A stretch of DNA of 64,000 nt. Source: Klebsiella pneumoniae. Its GTDB lineage: Bacteria; Pseudomonadota; Gammaproteobacteria; Eutrophobiales; Eutrophobiaceae. The translations under genes were made by a program, and so were the position numbers. Positions 32,142-40,590 of the stretch are shown here, piece after piece. The stretch lies in the NCBI GenBank assembly GCA_945870865.1, contig CAMBTO010000001.1, positions 79,487 to 143,486 of the forward strand, given 5' to 3'. The notes beneath the pieces were generated by a model. That model did not search any database, had not been told where the DNA came from, and worked only from the letters and a program-made list of their open reading frames with translations. How positions within the stretch are numbered: position 1 is the first letter of the stretch; each line of letters starts with the position of its first letter.

Positions 32142-33899
32142 TCAGTAACGGGCGTCCGGCTGGGCTGATTGCTGGCTGCTGGGGAATCCGGTCCTTTTCA
32201 TGAAGCCCTGACATGCGGCTGCGCGTGACAGTTTTCCTGAAGAGGTGCGCGGAAGTGTATGTGGAGGCACTAGCTCAACCAGACAATGTACGCCGAATGC
32301 AGTGTATACCAGTCTCTGTAATCGGCTCATCAGGGCCTGACGTTCCTGAACAGCTGTCAGGCGGCATTCTATGACAAGCACAACAGTTGAAACATCGTTT
32401 GCATCAACAACAGCAAACGCCGAGGTCTCGCGCATCCTGATCTCCGGCTGTTGCTCCGCGATTTCTTCAATGTCCTGGGCGCGAATATTACGGCCATTGA
32501 TTATGATAATGTCCTTGTGACGACCGGTCAGATACAGATTGCCCTCAGATACAAAACCGAGATCACCGGTGTCCATCCAGTTGTCAGGCTTCATCACCCG
32601 GCTGGTTGTCTCCGGGTCATTGATATACCCGGACATGATACTGGGCCCTTTCAGCATGACGCGACCCACACGCAGATCCGGTAAAGCCTGGCCCTGACCA
32701 TCGACAATCGAAACAAAGTGACCCGGTAAGGGTCTGCCACAATTGACAAATTCGTTATGTTTTCTACCCTCTGCCTGTACACGCACAGCAACCCCACGTT
32801 CAGCCAGCGCCTCTGTATCTACCTTCATCACGTCCAGGCCTGTTCCCACCCTAGAGAAGGTCACTGCGAGAGAGGCTTCAGCAAGTCCGTAACATGGCAG
32901 GAAAGCCAACGGGTTGAATCCGACTGATTCAAATTTACTGGCGAAATTTTTCAGTACATCAGGCCGGATCATCTCGGCACCAATACCAGCAGCACGCCAG
33001 CTGCTCAGATCCAGACCTTCCAGATCCGCGCTACGCACCCTGAGGGCACACAGTTGCAGACCAAAAGGCGGACAAAATGCGATCGTGCAACGGTTACGAC
33101 TGATTAATCTGAGCCACTGGATCGGACGAACAGCGAAATCGCGGGTACGCAGGAAATCTACTGACAACTGCGAGACCAGTGGGGACAGGACCAGGCCAAT
33201 CAATCCCATATCATGGTAAAACGGCAACCAGGATGCACAGCGATCACTCGGGTATATGGCAAGCCCGTCACGGACGATACCTTGCAGGTTACTCATGATG
33301 GCCAATTCGGTGATGATGACGCCCTGCGGTGCGCGGGTACTACCGGAGGTAAACTGCAGATAGGCTATCTCGTCCCGCCGACTTTTCTGCATCGGCAGAT
33401 CCGATTCGGGAAGCTGCGCCAGCTGTCCCGGCGTACCGGTCCAGCGCACACTGCCTACCTCCCGGCTGGCCTCTTCAAGAAAAGATATAAAGTCCTTGTT
33501 TGCAATTGCCATGCTGGCATTGCTAATGTTGAGCATGGCACCTAACTGCCGAACATATATGTCGTGGCTACCCAGATTGACAGGTATAGGCATGGCAAAT
33601 GGAACCAGACCCGCATAGCGACAGGCAAAAAACAGGATAATAAACTCGGGGGATGTGTCTGCAATAATCGCGATAGTTTCTCCGCGTTTCAGGCCGAGAC
33701 CCAGCAAACGTCTTGCTGTAGAAATCGCGTCCTGGCGCAGTTGCTTGTAGGTAAGCACTTGCCTGAGCACGCCCCGTGCATCATAGAAGTTGTAGCCGGT
33801 CGACCCTGTTGCAGCATAGTCGAGCGCATCCGTCAGTGTCTCGAAGTCCGCCAGTCGCTGTGACAAAAGGTTCAGCGTTCCGGTTGGTTCAAGAACCAC
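32142..33899 (-). CDS. fatty acyl-AMP ligase / acyl-ACP synthetase (adenylate-forming enzyme)
   Basis: AMP-binding core motifs (FTSGSTRAPQGV, ...YGLAE..., TGD.G); 585 aa; first gene of a tight four-gene operon with 3-10 bp gaps. Confidence 0.85.
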   Translation of the reverse strand: MVLEPTGTLNLLSQRLADFETLTDALDYAATGSTGYNFYDARGVLRQVLTYKQLRQDAISTARRLLGLGLKRGETIAIIADTSPEFIILFFACRYAGLVPFAMPIPVNLGSHDIYVRQLGAMLNISNASMAIANKDFISFLEEASREVGSVRWTGTPGQLAQLPESDLPMQKSRRDEIAYLQFTSGSTRAPQGVIITELAIMSNLQGIVRDGLAIYPSDRCASWLPFYHDMGLIGLVLSPLVSQLSVDFLRTRDFAVRPIQWLRLISRNRCTIAFCPPFGLQLCALRVRSADLEGLDLSSWRAAGIGAEMIRPDVLKNFASKFESVGFNPLAFLPCYGLAEASLAVTFSRVGTGLDVMKVDTEALAERGVAVRVQAEGRKHNEFVNCGRPLPGHFVSIVDGQGQALPDLRVGRVMLKGPSIMSGYINDPETTSRVMKPDNWMDTGDLGFVSEGNLYLTGRHKDIIIINGRNIRAQDIEEIAEQQPEIRMRETSAFAVVDANDVSTVVLVIECRLTAVQERQALMSRLQRLVYTAFGVHCLVELVPPHTLPRTSSGKLSRAAACQGFMKRTGFPSSQQSAQPDARY

Positions 33900-34247
33900 A
33901 GATGTTTCGCTTAAAAGCTGACCACCTTCAGTATCTGCTGAAAGCGTCTCTAATTTACTTATTTCTGATATCAGAGTTAATACTCCTCATAGAAATGCGT
34001 TCTATCCCGCTGATAATATAAAGGATTTATATACAAATTTCCAGTATTTCTTCGTTTAGCCTCTCATCCACGCAACAAAGAGACATTTTGAGTACAACGC
34101 CATTTTTTCAAAAAGGCGGAGTTTAAAGTATTCTGCATATCTGATGCTAGTATTATTTAACAGCTAGATTACAACCCACGGCAATTTGCGGGCTACTGGC
34201 TACCACACCTGCTGATATCACCAACTGGCAATTGTCTTGTATCTAGC

Positions 34248-35492
34248 GTGTTATCCCCCCTGTTTTCGCGGGTTGATATGAATAATTATGTTACTCTTGA
34301 CGTCATTTTTCATCCTCTGGACTGCATCTTGAATATGGGTCTGACAGCTAGAAAACAAACAACCTCGACGTCAGTAGACGTCAGGCCAGTGCTGACGGGA
34401 AGAGACTGGCGGACTTTCATCAATTTACCCTGGTATATCTATCAGGACGACGCCAACTGGGTACCACCACTACGACTTGAACGTCGCCTGCATTTTTCGA
34501 GGATGAACCCATACTTCAGAAATGCTGAGTGGCAAGCCTGGATAGCCTACAAGGACAACAGGCCGGTCGGCAGGATCAGCGCCCAGGTTGATAGGGTTAA
34601 CCGTCAATATCATGGAGAACATACCGGTCATTTTGGTCTGCTAGAGGGCATTAATGACCCTGCCGTGTTCGCCGCCTTGACCCAAACCAGTGAAGAATGG
34701 CTGTCTCAGCGTCAGACTCACCATATTTCCGGCCCATTCAGCTTTTCCATTAACCAGGAGTGCGGGGTGCTGGTTGACGGTTTTGATACTCCGCCGGTCA
34801 TACTTATGCCCCACTCGCGCCAGTGGTACGGGCTGATGCTGGAACAACAGGGTTACACACCGGCAATGGACATGCTCGCCTACTGGATTGAAACCGGATT
34901 TGAAGCATCTCGCGTTATGAAAACACTGGTGGCAAGGTTTGACAAACGTATACATCTGCGTCATTTGCGCCGCAAACAGTACTCAGAGGAGATGGAAATC
35001 CTGCGTGATATTTTTAACGACGCCTGGTCAGGTAACTGGGGATTTATCCCGTTCAGCAAGGAGGAGTTTGCTGATCTTGGTAACAGTCTGCGATTTTTTA
35101 TTGCGGACGACTTTGTGCAGATAGCTGAACTCGATGGCAATCCGGTCGCGTTTGTCGTGGTACTGCCCAACCTTAACGAGATGCTCACCCGGCTGGACGG
35201 CAGCTTGTTTCCATTGGGATGGTACCGCTTGTACCGCGCGATGAGACAGAAAAGCTTCCGTACCGGCCGCGTACCGCTGATGGGAGTACGTAAACAGTAC
35301 CAGAACAGCTCGCTGGGGCTGACCCTGGCACTGATGGTCTGTAATGCTGCACGGGTCTGTGCACGGGCGACAGGAATTGAAGCGGTTGAAATGTCGTGGA
35401 TACTCGAAAACAACCGGGGCATGCGCAGCATACTCGATAATATTGGCAGCAAGGAGTACAAACGTTTCCGCATTTATGAAAAGTCTCTGTAA
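34248..35492 (+). CDS. GNAT-fold-like acyltransferase of unknown specificity; candidate bacterial ceramide synthase
   Basis: 414-aa ORF, divergently transcribed from the SPT operon. Its C-terminal half has acyl-CoA N-acyltransferase-like segments (FVVVLPNLNEM...RQKSFRTGRVPLMGV...). The assignment is by context, not by a recognised motif. Confidence 0.5.
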   Translation: MLSPLFSRVDMNNYVTLDVIFHPLDCILNMGLTARKQTTSTSVDVRPVLTGRDWRTFINLPWYIYQDDANWVPPLRLERRLHFSRMNPYFRNAEWQAWIAYKDNRPVGRISAQVDRVNRQYHGEHTGHFGLLEGINDPAVFAALTQTSEEWLSQRQTHHISGPFSFSINQECGVLVDGFDTPPVILMPHSRQWYGLMLEQQGYTPAMDMLAYWIETGFEASRVMKTLVARFDKRIHLRHLRRKQYSEEMEILRDIFNDAWSGNWGFIPFSKEEFADLGNSLRFFIADDFVQIAELDGNPVAFVVVLPNLNEMLTRLDGSLFPLGWYRLYRAMRQKSFRTGRVPLMGVRKQYQNSSLGLTLALMVCNAARVCARATGIEAVEMSWILENNRGMRSILDNIGSKEYKRFRIYEKSL

Positions 35493-35570
35493 CTCTACTG
35501 GCCCTGAGTTCGACAGGCTTGTGTCAGTCAACAATGATGTTCAAGTCTGTCACCTGGAAATCTGTCTGCC

Positions 35571-36653
35571 GTGAAAACACTGGGGCGATACATTAGTATA
35601 GAGATCTTCCGACCATTTGTGGTTATCAGCCTGATTCTTGCCGGATTGTTTTCCAGCTTTAATGCCGCGCGTTATCTTGAGACGGCCGTAACAGAATCAC
35701 TGGGAATGTCTCTGATCTTCAAACTGATAATGCTTAAAACCGTCATTGCCATGGAGGTACTGTTTCCGATCGCGTTCTACGCAGCCATTATCGTGGCACT
35801 TGGCCGTATGCATAGGGACCAGGAAATTATCGTAATGAAGTCGGCCGGTATAAATGAAACCTTCCTCATTAAAACTGTTATCACACTGGGTATACCAGTC
35901 GCAATCATGACAGGCATGTTGTCAATGTACGGCAGGCCATTGGCATACGACACTATCTACAGAATGGACAATAACGCCAGTAACGAGCTGGATGTGGATC
36001 GTTACCAGGCAGGACGGTTCTACGGTATCGAAAACAGTGGTCGTATCATCTATATCAACAGCAGAAACAACCGTGACCACATGCTTGAAGGCGTATTTCA
36101 CTACATCCGTCAGGACAACCGTAGTGATATTATCCTTGCCCGACAGGGCTACCAGGTCCGGAAAGGGCAATATCAACCACCGGAACTGCACCTGCTTGAT
36201 GGCAGCCTGTACCGTATCGTTCCTGGCGGCTCACGTGAATCAATAATCCATTTTTCCAGGTTTGTTTTCATTCCGGATGCAGACATAGCGATTGACTATC
36301 AGCGCAAGGCGGCACCAACACTGGACCTCGGGGACTCTGTCGACAGCCGCGACATTGCTGAATTCCAGTGGCGAATCTCCAGACCGTTCGCCACGATGTT
36401 ACTGGCGCTGGTAGCGATACCGCTAAGCCGAACCGCCCCGCGACAGGGCAAGGGAGAAAAGGCGGTCTCTGCTGCTGTAATTTTTGCCCTCTACTACAAC
36501 CTGAGTGGTCTGGCCCAGACCTGGGTCGAGCAGGGTACTGTTGGCAGCGTGCCCGGTGTATGGTGGCTGCATATGAGCATGCTTGTTTTTGTGATATGGG
36601 TACTTGCACCCGGATTTTCCAGAAAACCTGCCGGTGCACATGTACATACTTGA
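35571..36653 (+). CDS. lptF: LPS export ABC transporter permease LptF
   Basis: YjgP/YjgQ family with a GTG start; MKTLGRYISIEIFRPFVVISLILAGLF... and a periplasmic beta-jellyroll between TM3 and TM4. Confidence 0.85.
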   Translation: MKTLGRYISIEIFRPFVVISLILAGLFSSFNAARYLETAVTESLGMSLIFKLIMLKTVIAMEVLFPIAFYAAIIVALGRMHRDQEIIVMKSAGINETFLIKTVITLGIPVAIMTGMLSMYGRPLAYDTIYRMDNNASNELDVDRYQAGRFYGIENSGRIIYINSRNNRDHMLEGVFHYIRQDNRSDIILARQGYQVRKGQYQPPELHLLDGSLYRIVPGGSRESIIHFSRFVFIPDADIAIDYQRKAAPTLDLGDSVDSRDIAEFQWRISRPFATMLLALVAIPLSRTAPRQGKGEKAVSAAVIFALYYNLSGLAQTWVEQGTVGSVPGVWWLHMSMLVFVIWVLAPGFSRKPAGAHVHT

Positions 36654-37704
36654 TCGATATCTGATGAAGCAGGTTGCGCAAGGGATTGTTATCTCTACGC
36701 TGGTATTACTGCCCCTGTTCAGCTTTCTGGATCTGGTCGACCAGCTGGATGATGTGGGCACCGGCTTTTACCGCACCAGTGATGCATTCCTGTATGTTGT
36801 CATGACTCTGCCGCGCAGGTTTATCCAGCTGACCCCGTTTATTGCATTGCTTGGAAATGTGACGGCACTCGGCAGACTTGCGATTAACCATGAGCTGATC
36901 TCCCTGCGTTCAGCCGGATATTCTCCGGTACAGATCAGCATGGCATCTTTGAAGGTGGGACTCGTGCTGCTGGCGCTGATTTTTACACTTGAAATATATA
37001 TTGCGCCCCCGCTGCAACAAAAGGCCATTGCCCATCGTGCGGCGGCGATGGAACAAAGCGCCGAACTTGGAAAAAATCTGGGTATCTGGACCCGGAATGA
37101 CCGGCAGATCCTGCGCATAGGCAATTTGCAGCATGATACCAGACAGGCAAGTGTTGAAATTATCAATCTTGATGAACAGGGAAACATGTCTGAATATTTA
37201 CATGCTGAAGGTTTCGAGATCGCCAGCAATGAAGAATGGATATTGCACCAGGTAACGCGCAAGATATATACTGAGGACAACATCCGGTCGACCACGATGG
37301 ATCGATTGCCCTGGAATACCTTTCTGAATCCCGCCCAGATATCAACACTGACCAAACCACAGGAAAGCCTGTCTCCGGTCGAACTTTTCCGCTATGTCCA
37401 GCATTTACAGTCAACCGGGCAGGAAGTCGATGTATACCAGCTGTCGCTGTGGAAAAAACTGGGCGGACCACTAACGATGCTGGGGATGTTGTTGTTATCG
37501 GTACCGTTCGTGTTTGGTTCGGTTCGTACAGGTTTTGCGAACCGGCTGGTAATGGCGGGCGTTACCGGAATAACCGTCTATCTGCTCGACCAGATCTTTT
37601 CCAACACCGGGCTGATATTGAATCTGAATCCTTCGTTTATCGCGTTGACGCCTGGCATACTTTTGATCTGGATAGCACGGGTCTGGTTACGGCGTGTCCC
37701 CTGA
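36640..37704 (+). CDS. lptG: LPS export ABC transporter permease LptG
   Basis: MYILDRYLMKQVAQGIVISTLVLLPLFSFLDLVDQLDDVG: the canonical LptG N-terminus. It overlaps lptF by 14 bp. Confidence 0.85.
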   Translation: MYILDRYLMKQVAQGIVISTLVLLPLFSFLDLVDQLDDVGTGFYRTSDAFLYVVMTLPRRFIQLTPFIALLGNVTALGRLAINHELISLRSAGYSPVQISMASLKVGLVLLALIFTLEIYIAPPLQQKAIAHRAAAMEQSAELGKNLGIWTRNDRQILRIGNLQHDTRQASVEIINLDEQGNMSEYLHAEGFEIASNEEWILHQVTRKIYTEDNIRSTTMDRLPWNTFLNPAQISTLTKPQESLSPVELFRYVQHLQSTGQEVDVYQLSLWKKLGGPLTMLGMLLLSVPFVFGSVRTGFANRLVMAGVTGITVYLLDQIFSNTGLILNLNPSFIALTPGILLIWIARVWLRRVP

Positions 37705-37736
37705 TTATTTTCATGTCTGAATAACTGAACCCTTTT

Positions 37737-38720
37737 ATGTACATATCAGCTGCTGACAAGTTATACCCACAAAATACGGCCATTTTACTGAACCCGCATG
37801 GCGGCAGGATACGCAAACGCCTGGGTCGCATACGCGAGCTCGCAGCGGCAATACCCGGTGCAATCGTGTGCGAAACAGACAATCTCGCAGACATGAACAG
37901 GACCCTTGATGAGCTGGCAGAACGCGGCGTGGGTCATCTGGTGATCGCCGGTGGTGATGGAACGGTGCAGGCCGTGCTGAACCGCCTGTTCACCGGCAAA
38001 CTCTGGTCCCGCCTGCCACTGGTCAGTATAGTCCCTGGTGGAACAACGAATATGACAGCATCTGATCTTGGTACATCCAGCAACCCTGAAAAGTGTCTGC
38101 AACAACTGGGCAGATGCCTGCAGAACGCAATGGATGTCAGGCTGGTAACGCGATCTGTTTTGAAAATCCGGCAGAATCAACAGCCGGATATTCATGGCAT
38201 GTTTTTCGGTGCCGGTTTGATAGCGCACGGTTCTGCATATTTTCACAAGCATATAAAAAAGTCCGGGCTAACCGGTGAGTCCGGTTCTGCTTTTGTGATG
38301 CTGCGTATGCTGTCAGGACTGCTGACTGGCCGCAATGCAGACGAGCGTGCCCAAATCCGGATCCAGATAACGGATGACACCGGTCACACCAGGGTATGCA
38401 ACTCTATGTTGCTGTTTACCAGCACGCTGGATCGCTTGCTGCTCGGGCTACGTCCGTATTGGGGTGGTGGTAATGGAGCTATCCATACTACCTGCCTGCG
38501 CGAGCATCCTCTCCGGTTGTGGCGATCGTTACTGACCATCGTTTGTGGTCGTGGCAACTCCCTGGACGAAAATAACGGTTATTACAGCAGAAATAACAGT
38601 GCAATTGAGCTGCTTATGGACGCCAGCTTTATTGTTGATGGTGAGTTTTTTGTTTGCGAAAGCAGGCATGGTCCGCTCAGGATTAGCCAGGCTGGCCCGG
38701 TCCGCTTTTTACTCCCCTGA
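37737..38720 (+). CDS. diacylglycerol-kinase-catalytic-domain lipid kinase (YegS / sphingosine-ceramide-kinase-like)
   Basis: DAGK_cat signature HLVIAGGDGTVQAVLNRL and a preceding NP.GG motif (LLNPHGGR). Confidence 0.8.
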   Translation: MYISAADKLYPQNTAILLNPHGGRIRKRLGRIRELAAAIPGAIVCETDNLADMNRTLDELAERGVGHLVIAGGDGTVQAVLNRLFTGKLWSRLPLVSIVPGGTTNMTASDLGTSSNPEKCLQQLGRCLQNAMDVRLVTRSVLKIRQNQQPDIHGMFFGAGLIAHGSAYFHKHIKKSGLTGESGSAFVMLRMLSGLLTGRNADERAQIRIQITDDTGHTRVCNSMLLFTSTLDRLLLGLRPYWGGGNGAIHTTCLREHPLRLWRSLLTIVCGRGNSLDENNGYYSRNNSAIELLMDASFIVDGEFFVCESRHGPLRISQAGPVRFLLP

Positions 38721-38746
38721 AATCCTCATGAGTATCATTCCGTAAC

Positions 38747-39706
38747 ATGCCCACTACTGACACCCGGTTACCACTAGGACTGATTAACGCGATTGCCCTC
38801 CAGTGTGAGCGTCCAGCAGGCATTGAAGCCGCGCTGCTTGCAAACAACATCCGGCAACGATTTGGGGATTCACTGCTTGCCGTCATTCTCTATGGTTCCT
38901 GCCTGCGTACGCATCTTTATACCGAGGGTGTGGTTGATTTATATGTGGTCGTTAACAGTTATCAGCAGGCCTACAGCGGTCATACGCTGCGTTATTTGAA
39001 TGCGGCCTTACCTCCGAATGTTTTTTATATCGAGATTAACAACAATGAAACTATCATCCGCGCAAAATACGCTGTCATTTCAGCACGTGACCTGGAGCGG
39101 GGCTGTGGCCAATGGTTCCACTCCTATATCTGGTCACGCTTTGCCCAGCCCGTCGTCCTGTTGTATGTACGCGATCCACTGACGCGTGAGCATATTTATA
39201 AAAATCTGGCCTGCGCGGTATTGACCTTACTCAGCACCACGCTACCTGCGCTCGGACCAGGCAAGGTGGACCATGCTGCAATCTGGCAGAACGGATTGGC
39301 CCTGACCTATGCAGCGGAATTGCGCCCTGAACGCCACACAAGGGCACGTGATATCACAGCGCAAAATCTGGATGACTTTGGCATCCTGATCAGAAAGGCG
39401 GCACCAGCGCTTGTTACACTGATGTTTACTGATGAAGACGACCTTTATGAAAGGCTTAGCGGGCAGACCGAAAGATCGCGGGCGACCAGATTATGGCGGA
39501 TTCGACGCTGGCAAGGATTTTTACTTTCAGTATTACGCTTGTCAAAAGCGGCCTATACCTTTCGTGACTGCGTGGATTATGCCGCCTGGAAGATCGAACG
39601 TCATACGGGTATACGCATCCACGTGACCCCGACCCTGCAACGACACCCTATCCTGTTCGGCTTTAGTGTATTATGGCAACTGATTAAAAGGGACGTACTA
39701 CACTAG
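38747..39706 (+). CDS. Tam41/Mmp37-like CTP-dependent nucleotidyltransferase (phosphatidate cytidylyltransferase-like)
   Basis: NTase-fold G-S...D.Y.VV (ILYGSCLR...DLYVVV), followed by a block VFYIEINNNETIIRAKYAVISARDLERGC..WFHSYIWSRFAQPVVLL. This block parallels the yeast Tam41 region VYFNPF..I....VKYGVVS..LL.D...W..LYLAGRLQKPVKIL as I recall it. Confidence 0.6.
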   Translation: MPTTDTRLPLGLINAIALQCERPAGIEAALLANNIRQRFGDSLLAVILYGSCLRTHLYTEGVVDLYVVVNSYQQAYSGHTLRYLNAALPPNVFYIEINNNETIIRAKYAVISARDLERGCGQWFHSYIWSRFAQPVVLLYVRDPLTREHIYKNLACAVLTLLSTTLPALGPGKVDHAAIWQNGLALTYAAELRPERHTRARDITAQNLDDFGILIRKAAPALVTLMFTDEDDLYERLSGQTERSRATRLWRIRRWQGFLLSVLRLSKAAYTFRDCVDYAAWKIERHTGIRIHVTPTLQRHPILFGFSVLWQLIKRDVLH

Positions 39707-39746
39707 ATCCCGGCGCTTAGTTGAACACAGGAAACGCGAGCAGACC

Positions 39747-40517
39747 ATGTCGGAAACAGAGTTGAAACAATCAGACCTAACACAGCCCCCGCGTCGTAGA
39801 CGCAACCGACCCAGTGTGGCCATCGGCAAGTGGGTACTCCAGCATATCGAACGTGCGTTGATCCGTTATTCCATTGTCGCTGACGTTCCAATATTTGATG
39901 CGCACCAGTTTGCCTGGACAGCCCCGCTGGAAGCAGACTGGAAAAAAGTACGCCAGGAACTTGATATGATCCTGAAAAGCCAGGTCAAACTGCCAAACTT
40001 TCAGGACATTTCAAAAGACCAGACCAACATTACCCAGGATGACCGCTGGAAAACCTTTTTCCTGTACGGCTATGGCTACAAGATGCCGAGCAATTGCGAT
40101 CTGTGTCCGGAGACAACCCGTATTATCGAGTCTGTCCCCGGCATGTTGACCGGTTTTTTTTCGGTACTGGCGCCGGGCAAACACATACCTCCACATCGCG
40201 GGCCCTATAAAGGTCTGTTACGCTGCCATCTTGCCTTGCAGGTACCGGAGCCAGCGGATCAGTGCTGGATTAAGGTAGGTGATATGTCTGCCAACTGGCA
40301 AGAAGGGCACTGTCTAGTATTTGATGATACCTATGTACATCAGGTCCAGAATAATACGGAGGGTACTCGTGTTGTTCTGTTTCTGGATATAATCCGGCCT
40401 ATGCGTTTCCCCGGGTCCTTACTGAACAGGATCGTTATCTGTTTGATACGTATGTCTCCGTTTATACAGGACGCGATCCGCAACCAGCGAGCCTGGGAAT
40501 ACAGGATTGGTACCTGA
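39747..40517 (+). CDS. aspartyl/asparaginyl beta-hydroxylase-family Fe(II)/2-OG dioxygenase (LpxO/OlsC-like lipid acyl-chain 2-hydroxylase candidate)
   Basis: ...LAPGKHIPPHRGPYKGLLRCHLALQVP...CWIKVGD....W.EG.CLVFDD.Y.H.V.N....RVVLFLDI: the conserved AspH-family core. Confidence 0.8.
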   Translation: MSETELKQSDLTQPPRRRRNRPSVAIGKWVLQHIERALIRYSIVADVPIFDAHQFAWTAPLEADWKKVRQELDMILKSQVKLPNFQDISKDQTNITQDDRWKTFFLYGYGYKMPSNCDLCPETTRIIESVPGMLTGFFSVLAPGKHIPPHRGPYKGLLRCHLALQVPEPADQCWIKVGDMSANWQEGHCLVFDDTYVHQVQNNTEGTRVVLFLDIIRPMRFPGSLLNRIVICLIRMSPFIQDAIRNQRAWEYRIGT

Positions 40518-40590
40518 ATGTGTTACCCGAATCAGGTGGTAGCTTCTGAACCAGCAGTAGATTCCTGGAAACGATTTTAAATAACGGGAT

